A DNA stretch of 64,000 nucleotides from Polyangiaceae bacterium. Its GTDB lineage: Bacteria; Myxococcota_A; Polyangia; Polyangiales; Polyangiaceae. The stretch covers positions 512,001 to 576,000 of the forward strand of contig CBDCTZ010000016.1 of NCBI GenBank assembly GCA_965222375.1, in the 5' to 3' direction. Below the pieces are notes generated by a model. The model had not been told where the DNA came from, did not search any database, and saw only the letters and a program-made list of their open reading frames with translations. Positions 10,754 through 19,547 of the stretch are shown here, piece after piece (the first letter of the stretch is position 1; every line of letters starts with the position of its first letter). The translations under genes and the position numbers were made by a program.

Positions 10754-11910
10754 GGCCTATTGATCCACTCCAGGTCGGTGATGAACTGCGTGCCGCAGTC
10801 TCGCACGCGCGTTGGCGTGTCTGCGTCGCTGCCGTCGGCCTTGACGATTTCGATGTGGCTGCAGCTCTGGGTCTCGCCGTAGAGGTACGCGATGCGCGTT
10901 CCATCCGGGGAGAAGGTGCCGTCAGTGCCCGCGGTGCTCGTCACTCGCACTGGGTTCTGCCCATCGACGTCAGCGACGTAGAGCTTGCCGCCGTCAGAAT
11001 GGTCTCGGTAGACCATCTTCTTTCCATCCGGCGAGATACTCTCGAGAGTTGCGGTGTTCTTCACCACCTTGCGCGAATCATCTGCCAGGGTGAGCAAGCG
11101 AATCGAACGCGCGGCGCTACCGCCCACGATGTCGACCTGAGTGAACATGAGCGTGGATTCATCGCCAATAGGCGTGGGATGCAGCTCGAAGCGATTCTGT
11201 GGCACTGGCGTCAGGAACTCGAACATGCCGTCTGACACCGTCAAGCGTCCGATCTGGTAGCCCTTGAAGCTCGACTTGCCGTCTGCCTCGACGAAGTCAT
11301 AGCGTCGGCAAATGTACAGCTTGGACGCATCTGCGTTGAAGAGGTGACATTCATCGTTGATGTTGCCGTAGGCAAGCACGTCCGCGGTCTGGCTGGCGGC
11401 GTCATAGATCCAAGTGTGCTGAATCGAGTCGCCGAATTTCAGTCCGTAGTTCTGCTCTTGCTTCGGATCCCCCGAAGCGAAGGCGATCTTGGCGCCATCC
11501 GGGGTCACGCCCACGCTCCAAAGCCTATAAGCTTTGAACACAACCTGTTCCTTCGTGCCGTCCGGCAGAATGCTCGACAGGGTGTTGGGGTTCGCTGTCC
11601 AGTCCGCGAAGAGTAGCTGCTCGCCCGGAGCGAGGGGATTGACGGACGAGTACATGATGTCTGCAGGTGTTGGCTTGGGTGGCGGGTTCGGAATCCCACC
11701 TGTGCCGGATCCACTCGCACCGGCGCTGCCAGCTGCTCCGCCCGCGCCGCCGGTGAACCCGGCAGCAAACCCACCGCCCCCGGCGTCAGTGGTGGTGCCG
11801 CCGGTGCCGCCGCCGCCGCCAGAATCGTCACTGGAGCAACCCACCGCGGCAATCGCCGCCGCCGCAAACAACAAGCCCAAAGCCGCGAAAGCTCGCGTAT
11901 CCTCAATCAT
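10750..11910 (-). CDS. TolB-like beta-propeller lipoprotein
   Basis: Lipobox AVGC, Gly linker, PD40-like repeats TPDGAKIAF, SPDGKKMVY, FSPDGTRIAY. Confidence 0.75.
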   Translation of the reverse strand: MIEDTRAFAALGLLFAAAAIAAVGCSSDDSGGGGGTGGTTTDAGGGGFAAGFTGGAGGAAGSAGASGSGTGGIPNPPPKPTPADIMYSSVNPLAPGEQLLFADWTANPNTLSSILPDGTKEQVVFKAYRLWSVGVTPDGAKIAFASGDPKQEQNYGLKFGDSIQHTWIYDAASQTADVLAYGNINDECHLFNADASKLYICRRYDFVEADGKSSFKGYQIGRLTVSDGMFEFLTPVPQNRFELHPTPIGDESTLMFTQVDIVGGSAARSIRLLTLADDSRKVVKNTATLESISPDGKKMVYRDHSDGGKLYVADVDGQNPVRVTSTAGTDGTFSPDGTRIAYLYGETQSCSHIEIVKADGSDADTPTRVRDCGTQFITDLEWINRP

Positions 11911-12031
11911 TGCGGCGGGAGCGAAGCACGTCAGTGGGCCGTGCGCAATGATCCCGAATCTTCTCGCGCCAGCGCCGGCAGCCACGGGTGCAACACCGGC
12001 TAAAGGGCTCTATGCTGGCGCAAGAGTCGGC

Positions 12032-13309
12032 ATGGGGACGAGTTCTAGCCGCGGCATGCTGGGGGCACTGGGGCCGGGGCTATTGTTTGCGGCGGCAGCC
12101 GTCGGCGTTTCGCATCTGGTGCAGTCCACCCGAGCTGGCGCTGTCTACGGCGTGGGCTTGGTGGTGTTGGTACTCATCGCCAACCTCATCAAGTATCCGG
12201 CGTTTCGTTTTGGTCCGCACTATGCGGCTGCGACCCGAACGTCCTTGCTCGAGGGCTACCGCCGCCAAGGAGTCTGGGCGCTTGTGGTCTACGGAGCAGT
12301 CACTGTCGCGACGATGTTCACCGTGCTCGCGGCCGTGACCATCGTGACCGCTGGGCTGGCCATCGCGGTGCTGGGATTGAAGCAGAGCCCGGTCGTGGTG
12401 AGCGCCGCTCTGATCGCGATCTGCGCCACGCTGCTCGCCATCGGGCGCTATCACTGGCTGGACCGCATCATCAAAGTGCTGGTCGCCGTGTTGACCGTGT
12501 CGACGCTGGCCGCGACAGCTCTAGCGCTGCCTCGGGTCGACTGGTCCACGCTAGCCCTCTTTCCCCCCCGGCCCGTAGACAAAGCGACCATCTTCTTCGT
12601 GGCCGCGCTGGTGGGTTGGATGCCGTCGGCCATCGACGTCGCCGTTTGGCAATCCCTCTGGACATTGGCGCGCGAAAAGGACAGCGGGCACCAGCCAACG
12701 CTGAAGGAATCCAGCACGGATTTTCACATTGGCTATTTGGGCACGGCGCTATTGGCGCTGTGTTTCTTGATCATGGGCGCTGGCGCGATGTACGGCAGCG
12801 GCCAGAAGTTCCCCAACGGCGCTGGTGCATTCGCGACCCAGGTCATGACGCTGTATTCGAGCAGCCTTGGCGAGGCGAGCCGACCCGTCATTGGCACAGC
12901 CGCCTTCGCGGTGATGTTTTCGACGGTGCTCACCGTGGTCGACGGCTTTCCGCGAGCCATTGCCGTGCTATTCGCGCGGTTTCGGGGACCGGAAACGGCC
13001 GCCCACTACGAACTCGATCAGCCGGCCCAACGCAGGGCGTATTGGGTGGCCCTCGTGGTCATCTGCGCAGGTGCGCTCGGCGTCATCGGCATGATGATGC
13101 AGTCTCTGAAAGCCCTCGTAGACATTGCGACCACGGCGTCATTTTTGACTGCGCCGGTACTATCCATCCTGAACCATCGCGCGGTTCTTGCTTCAGAGGT
13201 GCCGCTGGACAAACGACCACGACCGTGGCTCATCAAGGCCAGCCTGGTTGGGATCCTTTGCCAAGCCGCCTTCGCGCTCTACTATTTGAGCGTACGTTAT
13301 GGTGGGTGA
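12032..13309 (+). CDS. NRAMP-like / APC superfamily transporter
   Basis: LGPGLLFAAAAVGVSHLVQSTRAGA, GWMPSAID, TVVDGFPR, about 11 TM helices. Confidence 0.85.
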   Translation: MGTSSSRGMLGALGPGLLFAAAAVGVSHLVQSTRAGAVYGVGLVVLVLIANLIKYPAFRFGPHYAAATRTSLLEGYRRQGVWALVVYGAVTVATMFTVLAAVTIVTAGLAIAVLGLKQSPVVVSAALIAICATLLAIGRYHWLDRIIKVLVAVLTVSTLAATALALPRVDWSTLALFPPRPVDKATIFFVAALVGWMPSAIDVAVWQSLWTLAREKDSGHQPTLKESSTDFHIGYLGTALLALCFLIMGAGAMYGSGQKFPNGAGAFATQVMTLYSSSLGEASRPVIGTAAFAVMFSTVLTVVDGFPRAIAVLFARFRGPETAAHYELDQPAQRRAYWVALVVICAGALGVIGMMMQSLKALVDIATTASFLTAPVLSILNHRAVLASEVPLDKRPRPWLIKASLVGILCQAAFALYYLSVRYGG

Positions 13310-14222
13310 CGAATTCGCCATCCGCGCTAGGCTAGGGCAAGTGCTTCGAGCTTTCGGGACTTTGATTGGGATTCTGGTGGTGGGCTGCGGTGCTCACGGC
13401 GCCAACACCACGCCTGCCCCCACCGAAGCAAAGGCAGCTTCCAAGAAGGGCGGCCAGGAGTCTTCGGCGGTCGCTGCGTACCGACGCGCGTGCGAGTTGG
13501 GTTCGGCGCGCGGCTGCAACGACCTGGGCGTGGCGTACTTGGACGGGGAGGGCGCTCCTAAGAACGAAGGACGCGCCATTCCGCTACTCAGGCGTTCCTG
13601 CGAGATGGCGCTGCCCATGGGCTGTGCCAACTTGGCGCACGCCTTGGCCAATGGCCTGGGCACCGAGGTCGATCTGGACGGCGCAGCCCGTCACTACGAG
13701 TCCGCGTGTACCGGCGGAGTTGGCTGGGCATGCGGCGCGCGCGCGGACATGCTCACCATGCAGGAAGCGGCTCAGCGTGATCCCCGTCGTGCCGCCGAGC
13801 TATATGGGCGCGGCTGCGAAAGCAAGCACGCGGACTCTTGCGTCGGCCTGGCGTTGCTCTTGGAAGAGGGGGATGGTGTTAAAAAGAGCGAGGGCCGCGC
13901 ATTCCAGATCTACGAGAAGACCTGTGGCCTGGGCTCAGCAGCGGGTTGCGTAGGCGCGGGGCGCATGTTCTTGGACGGCCGTGGCACCAAGCTGAGCGTG
14001 CCCATCGCCCTCCAAAGGTTTCAGAAAGCCTGCGAATTCGATCCCGCATCGGGCTGCTACGTGTATGGCGTGGTTTTGTTGCGTGGTAATGGCGTTCGCC
14101 CAGATCCTGTCCGTGCGAAGAAGCTGCTCCGCGGTGCCTGTGACAAAGGCCACGCCGAGGCCTGCGCAGAACTCGGGGACCTGCTCGACGAGCGGCGCGG
14201 AACGGCGCCCATGGAAACTTGA
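13299..14222 (+). CDS. Sel1-like repeat lipoprotein
   Basis: Lipobox VVGC; repeated AC..G...GC.NLG..Y..G.G units. Confidence 0.85.
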   Translation: MVGDEFAIRARLGQVLRAFGTLIGILVVGCGAHGANTTPAPTEAKAASKKGGQESSAVAAYRRACELGSARGCNDLGVAYLDGEGAPKNEGRAIPLLRRSCEMALPMGCANLAHALANGLGTEVDLDGAARHYESACTGGVGWACGARADMLTMQEAAQRDPRRAAELYGRGCESKHADSCVGLALLLEEGDGVKKSEGRAFQIYEKTCGLGSAAGCVGAGRMFLDGRGTKLSVPIALQRFQKACEFDPASGCYVYGVVLLRGNGVRPDPVRAKKLLRGACDKGHAEACAELGDLLDERRGTAPMET

Positions 14223-14225
14223 GGT

Positions 14226-15188
14226 TCAGGGCGTTGCTTCGGCGCAAAGCGCTTTGGCCTGGGCTCCTGGCAGCCAGCTGAAGGTGTAGCGGTCGCCCTC
14301 AGCACGGCGCTTCGTCGGACCCTGCCCCTGCACGGTGATGCGCATCGTGGACTGAACCAAGGAGGGGCGCATGGTGTTGGGCTCTGTCACCAAGGTTGCG
14401 GCGTACACGCGGCGCAAGCGCAGCTGCTCCAACCGCTCGTTGGCGCTCTCGGGCAGAGACACCATCGCTCGGATCACGTTGGAGAGCGCGCGGCTTGCTT
14501 CTGGGCCCTCCAGAACACTCTCGAGGGATACCTCTACGCGATCCTTCGTGACGCTCTTGACCGTGAAATCCGTAGGCACGACCAAGTCCTTGCCTCCGAG
14601 AAAAATGGTCATCTTCTGAGTGTCCGACTTCTTCTTTAGATTCACGTCGAGCCAAGAGCCGACCCAGATGTACCAAAGCTCCGAATACTTCTCTTTGATC
14701 TGCTGCGTCATGAGAGGCGAAGCGAAGGATTTCTCCAGTCTCTCGACGATCGCAGGGTCCTTGCCCTGCTCACGCATGCGCCGCAGGGTGGCCTTGATGG
14801 CCTTCTTCATGCCCACCACGTCGTAGACTTGCCCGTCTTTGCTCACGAGAAATGTCGGCGTTGCGCGCGCCAGAGCGTTTACTTCAGCCAGTTCCGCGGG
14901 TTTGATCGACGAGGCCTTCACGTCGCCAACAGATTGGATCTCGTGCTCGATGGCCCGCACGCTCATGAGCTCCCCCGCCGGACACGCTCGCAATACGAAG
15001 CGCGTCGTGACGCGAGTCAGGTTCTTCTCGTGCTCGTGAATCACTTCAGCTGCCGCGGGGGGCTGCCAATCGAAGCTGAGCGCCGTGGGCGTCTGCGTTT
15101 CCGGGGGCGCCGCTGCGGGCTTTTGAGCTGAACAGGCCGAGCAGAGAACTAGGGCCAGCGCTGCGGTGGCCCAGCCCCCTCCCCTCAC
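14226..15188 (-). CDS. hypothetical lipoprotein
   Basis: Signal ALALVLCSAC; 4-nt overlap with the upstream TPR gene. Confidence 0.7.
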   Translation of the reverse strand: MRGGGWATAALALVLCSACSAQKPAAAPPETQTPTALSFDWQPPAAAEVIHEHEKNLTRVTTRFVLRACPAGELMSVRAIEHEIQSVGDVKASSIKPAELAEVNALARATPTFLVSKDGQVYDVVGMKKAIKATLRRMREQGKDPAIVERLEKSFASPLMTQQIKEKYSELWYIWVGSWLDVNLKKKSDTQKMTIFLGGKDLVVPTDFTVKSVTKDRVEVSLESVLEGPEASRALSNVIRAMVSLPESANERLEQLRLRRVYAATLVTEPNTMRPSLVQSTMRITVQGQGPTKRRAEGDRYTFSWLPGAQAKALCAEATP

Positions 15189-15904
15189 GCGGCTAGGCCC
15201 CGGAGCATTTTCTGGGCCCGTTCTGCCCAGGATTGGTCGCGCTTCTTCACGAAGTCAGGGGCAGTTTCGTAGCTGCTCAAGCCTTCGTCTAGTACCTCGC
15301 GAGCACGGGTGGCGCGTCCGTCTTCGATCAGATAGTGAGCTAGGGCGACCTGGTGGTTGATGCGAGTGCTTACGCTGGCCAGCCCTTCCATGACGTCGAT
15401 GGTGTCCTCTCGCTGTCCGTTGTTCCAGAGCGCCTCGGCGTAGTCGAGGGCAGCCGAATAGTCCCGGTACGAATTGTCTAGTCGCAGCAGTCGGTCCAGT
15501 CGCTCGACGGCTTCGGAGAAATTCCCGCGGCCCATCTCGCTCCGAGCCAAGCCGTGCAGGGCCTGCTTGTTGTCAGGGTCGCCACGTAGCACGTCTTCGT
15601 ACAGAGGCGAAGCTTGGTTGCATTCGTCTCGAGCCTCCAGGGCGTCCGCGAGAGTGAGCTTGTTGGCCACGCTCGGTGTTTCATCCAACTGCTGGCGTAA
15701 CAGGTCGATGTTTGGACCGGCCGCGACTCGCTTGAGCACGCCGCGGGGGTTCCACTCTCGGACCTTCACCAGGGCGAAGTAGATGAGGCTGCCCAAAGGA
15801 ACGAATAGAATGATCAGCAGCCAGTAGAACTCCGCCTTGCGCCGAATGGCGTCGAAGACCATCCAAATGTTGAAGGCGATGGTTGCTACGAAGTAGATAG
15901 ACAC
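15185..15904 (-). CDS. membrane-anchored TPR protein
   Basis: Two N-terminal TMs (YWLLIILFVPLGSLIYF), ETPSVANK, TPR-like helices. Confidence 0.8.
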   Translation of the reverse strand: MSIYFVATIAFNIWMVFDAIRRKAEFYWLLIILFVPLGSLIYFALVKVREWNPRGVLKRVAAGPNIDLLRQQLDETPSVANKLTLADALEARDECNQASPLYEDVLRGDPDNKQALHGLARSEMGRGNFSEAVERLDRLLRLDNSYRDYSAALDYAEALWNNGQREDTIDVMEGLASVSTRINHQVALAHYLIEDGRATRAREVLDEGLSSYETAPDFVKKRDQSWAERAQKMLRGLAA

Positions 15905-15973
15905 GACTGTCCTGCTCGGGAACCGGGAAGATTTCGGCGAAACTGCGCTCTGTCAAGCCAATCGCGCCGTCCC

Positions 15974-17005
15974 TCAAATTTGTAGCACTAGCTTGCCTGT
16001 AGTCATGGCTGACTCCAACCTCTGATGCGCCTTGGCTACCTGCGCAAAAGGCACGCATTCGCAGCCCACAGGCCGGATCTTGCCCTGCTCCAGCCATTCC
16101 GACAGCTGGCTCATGCCCTCGCTCAGCAGCTCCGCACGCTCGAACAGGTAGGACAAGTTGAAGGCGAGAATGTTCTTGTTGTCGTTGGTTAGGCGCAGCG
16201 GGTCGAAGCGGGGGGTGCGCAGGAAATCCAGGGCCATCTTGGGCCAGTTCGGCCGACCGGAGCCTCGCGGCAGCATGCTGTGAAAGCCGTAGATGACCAA
16301 ACGGCCGGTCGGGCGCAGCGCGGCGTAGCTGCCGCGCAGGGTAGAGACCCCGTTGGCGTCCAGCACGACGTCGTAGCCGTCTGGGGCAACGGCGCGGGCG
16401 CGCTGCCACAGATCTTCGCGCGACTTGTCGATGACATGATCCACGCCTGCCTGTTGAGCAACTTCGACCTTGTGTGGGGCACCCACCACGCCCACCACGT
16501 TGCAGCCCATGACCTTGCCCAGCTGGCACAACGCGCTGCCCACGCCTCCTGCGGCTGAGTGGACGAGCAACCTGCTGCCAGCCCGAGGGTGGGCCAGTTC
16601 CGCCAAGGCATACCAAGCGGTCAAGAACACGGTGGGAAAGCCCGCGGCTTGTTCCGGGCTGAGCTGCGGTGGCAGCGCGAACACCTGGTGGCGGGGCACA
16701 CAGAGCCGGGTTGCGTAGCCATCGAAGCGCGTGACCGCGTACACGGGGTCTCCAACGCTCAGGTCGACGACACCCGCACCGAGGCCGCCAACGGTGCCCG
16801 CGACTTCGAACCCAGGCGTTATCGGATACCCCACGTACTTCTTGGCTGACTCATACAGGCCCATGCGAACGATGCAGTCGGCGTAGTTCACGCCCGCGTG
16901 GCTCACGTGTACGCAGACCTCGCCCGCCGTGGGCTTCGGCTCCGGGCCCTCTTCGACGCGAAGCACATCGAAACCGCCCGGTTTTGGGATGACTACCTTC
17001 TTCAT
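15974..17005 (-). CDS. MDR family NAD(P)H quinone oxidoreductase (VAT-1-like)
   Basis: GVNYADC..RMGLY, TPGFEVAG, VHSAAGGVGSA, TTGKLVL. Confidence 0.9.
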   Translation of the reverse strand: MKKVVIPKPGGFDVLRVEEGPEPKPTAGEVCVHVSHAGVNYADCIVRMGLYESAKKYVGYPITPGFEVAGTVGGLGAGVVDLSVGDPVYAVTRFDGYATRLCVPRHQVFALPPQLSPEQAAGFPTVFLTAWYALAELAHPRAGSRLLVHSAAGGVGSALCQLGKVMGCNVVGVVGAPHKVEVAQQAGVDHVIDKSREDLWQRARAVAPDGYDVVLDANGVSTLRGSYAALRPTGRLVIYGFHSMLPRGSGRPNWPKMALDFLRTPRFDPLRLTNDNKNILAFNLSYLFERAELLSEGMSQLSEWLEQGKIRPVGCECVPFAQVAKAHQRLESAMTTGKLVLQI

Positions 17006-17100
17006 GCTGTAGAGCTGCGGAACGCCGCGCGGAAATACCACGCACGCTCGTCGGCTGGACATACCGTGGCGAAATCAGCCGGGTTCCAGCGAGCCGAAAA

Positions 17101-18462
17101 TCACGAGCCGCAGCCCTCTGCCTTGCGTAGCGCCGCTATTTCGGCAAGCAGTTCGGGTGTGCGCACCAGCGCTTCGAGCTCCCCGTCGTCGATTCCGAGC
17201 CGCGGCATCTTCGCTGTTCGACCGAGGTAGAGCCAGGCGCGACCCCACAAGTCTAGGAGCAGCCCGCGCCAGCAATCACTTGCGAGCAGCTTGGCGTGCA
17301 CCTTGGGATGCTCGGTCCGCGCCAAGCGCAAGTAGCGCTGTAGGTACCAGAGAAAGGTCAGCACGCCATCGCGCTCGCTGGACGAGGCATTCCGGTACTG
17401 CACGCCCCGGTTGCCCTCGAAGGCACTGGCCGTCGCCAGACCGTGTACGTACTGCACTAGCTCTTCGACCAGCATGTTGAGGCCCTGTTTCCCGGATGTG
17501 CCCGTAAGGTAGATGCGGGCGTAGCTGTCGCAACCCTGGGCCTCGCCTGTGGCGCATGGGCGACGCTTGCTGGCGTATGCGTCCTTCATGAGCGCGCTGC
17601 GCGCGAAGGTGCGGGGCTGGGGGCCCTGCATGCCTCCACCGCGGCAGCTTGGCGCGATCTCTTCGCTCAATTGATAAACGTGACCCACCCCAGCGCCGCG
17701 CAGCTTCCGTAGATCATGCATGTGTCCGCATTCATGGGTGACCGTAGAAAGTGCCATCAATACGGAGTGCGCTGATTCCGTGCGCCCGGTGGTGAAGGCG
17801 GCGACGCAATCGGTCTTGGACTTCCCACCCCGGACCAACTGCGCACCCACTGGATAGCGACGGTCCAAAACCCCGAGCACGAAGGCGTTCAGCTCCGTGG
17901 GATCGTAGCCCGAGATCAAGTCGTCGATGGGGAGTTCGGTCTTCGGTAGCGCTTCCCGGTACTTGCCGTCGCGACACTCGGCGTCCACGGGTGCGGGCAG
18001 CTTTCGCGCTGGGGTCGACGTCGTGCTCGGCGCAGCAGGAACCCCACTCGGTGGTAGGGGCATCCAGGTGCTCGGCATTCTCTCGATCCGTGAGCTTCGG
18101 CGTTCCACGACCTGCCCCGGATCGGCGCCGAGCCACCAAAGCCCGTGATTCACCGTCGCTTCCAGAGTCCGTGTGCCCCCCACCACGCCGAGTAGAAGCA
18201 GCACGAGCCCATCGAAACCAAGCACCCGAAGCAGTACCCGATCGCCCAGGGTCAGAGTACCGCGGCGACCTCGCCGCCTCAGCTCTGCGACCATGCAATA
18301 CAGGCCGGGCCCGATGGGAAAAACGGCGAGCCCGACACACCAGCTCAGCCACCGCGGCGCAGGGATCGACGCCACCAACGATGACGCTGCAATGAATGCC
18401 AGCAAAGGAACCGCAATGACGAGAAGCCACCCGGCTATCTTCCATGCGCGTGACTTCCCCAT
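17101..18462 (-). CDS. membrane-anchored hypothetical protein with HExxH motif
   Basis: Three N-terminal TMs, Pro/Ser linker, soluble domain with THECGH. Confidence 0.65.
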   Translation of the reverse strand: MGKSRAWKIAGWLLVIAVPLLAFIAASSLVASIPAPRWLSWCVGLAVFPIGPGLYCMVAELRRRGRRGTLTLGDRVLLRVLGFDGLVLLLLGVVGGTRTLEATVNHGLWWLGADPGQVVERRSSRIERMPSTWMPLPPSGVPAAPSTTSTPARKLPAPVDAECRDGKYREALPKTELPIDDLISGYDPTELNAFVLGVLDRRYPVGAQLVRGGKSKTDCVAAFTTGRTESAHSVLMALSTVTHECGHMHDLRKLRGAGVGHVYQLSEEIAPSCRGGGMQGPQPRTFARSALMKDAYASKRRPCATGEAQGCDSYARIYLTGTSGKQGLNMLVEELVQYVHGLATASAFEGNRGVQYRNASSSERDGVLTFLWYLQRYLRLARTEHPKVHAKLLASDCWRGLLLDLWGRAWLYLGRTAKMPRLGIDDGELEALVRTPELLAEIAALRKAEGCGS

Positions 18463-18641
18463 CGTCGACGCCTTCAGTCAACCACGGCACAGGTCAGCGC
18501 GCACTCGGAACCACCGCGTAGCTCCCTACGTGCGTTTCAGTAGCCGGGTCGAAGATCGTGCCATCAGCTGTCCCCAGCTGCGTCGAATTCTACCTGCGGC
18601 GGCGGGAGCTCGACATCATCCAGATCGAACGAAGAGCGGGT

Positions 18642-19439
18642 CTAGCGCCCACCTGAGTCGGCGCCAGACTCGACGCCGCGTATTTGACCTGGCTTCTCGG
18701 CGCGAGCGCTTCGTCGTTGGAAGAGCCAGAACGCCAGTCCGATCACCACGGCCGCCGCGCCCAAGCCAATCCATGTTTCTACGGAAGCACTCTTCATCCA
18801 GTCGAAGAGCGCCTCCCCGAAGTAGCTGATCAAGAGCAGCGTGGGCAGGTAGCCTGCCAAAGAGCCCCAGAAGTGCTTCGAGAAGCTCACCTTCGAAACG
18901 CCGAAGAAGGCGTGCAGCATCGGCGGCATCCAGAAGATCAAGCGCAAGATGAATACGGTGGCGAAGCCACGACGGGCCAGCGCATCCTCGTACTTGCGGA
19001 AGCGTTTCGGAATCAGCGCCGATACCGCGTCTCGGGCAACGAAGCGGGCAAAGGAGAATCCCACCACGCTCGCGGCCATGGTGCCCGTCATCGACAGAAC
19101 GAACGCGACCGGCCACGACCAGATCAATGGCGCGGCCATCACGAATACCGTCCCCGGAACACCGAAGGGTTGCAGCACTGTGTAGGCGACGATGAAGGCC
19201 AGGTAGCCCCAACCCCCAAGGCCGATCAGCGCTTGCTTCAGACGTGGCGGGTCCGCGAATTGCTCCAGGATCCCGAGCTGGTGCGCCGTCACAAGCATCG
19301 CGATCACGGCCAACACGGCGCCAATCCGTGCGTTTCGGAGCTGTCTTTGGGCTCGGGACAAGGCGAAGTTCGTAACACGCCGAAGCGCCGTCGGCCCGTG
19401 CATCCGAGTTCTTCGGCTATTGGTTTGGTGGGGTCGCAT
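18642..19439 (-). CDS. TVP38/TMEM64 (VTT/DedA) family membrane protein
   Basis: PFGVPGT, F.FARFVARD, GFATVFILRL..P; start uncertain (19439 or 19403). Confidence 0.85.
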   Translation of the reverse strand: MRPHQTNSRRTRMHGPTALRRVTNFALSRAQRQLRNARIGAVLAVIAMLVTAHQLGILEQFADPPRLKQALIGLGGWGYLAFIVAYTVLQPFGVPGTVFVMAAPLIWSWPVAFVLSMTGTMAASVVGFSFARFVARDAVSALIPKRFRKYEDALARRGFATVFILRLIFWMPPMLHAFFGVSKVSFSKHFWGSLAGYLPTLLLISYFGEALFDWMKSASVETWIGLGAAAVVIGLAFWLFQRRSARAEKPGQIRGVESGADSGGR

Positions 19440-19547
19440 CCCTGGAGCGGCCCTCGGGCACTAATCTCGCGCTAGTGCGGGTGGTGCGCAGCCGCGCTGG
19501 GGCGGCTGTCGAGCCCAGCGTTCCACCGCTTCAGGAGGCCGCCGGAT

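Noticed and set aside
11534..12031. Pro-rich N-terminal extension of the NRAMP-like transporter
   Set aside because: Antisense shadow of the Gly-rich linker of the opposite-strand lipoprotein.
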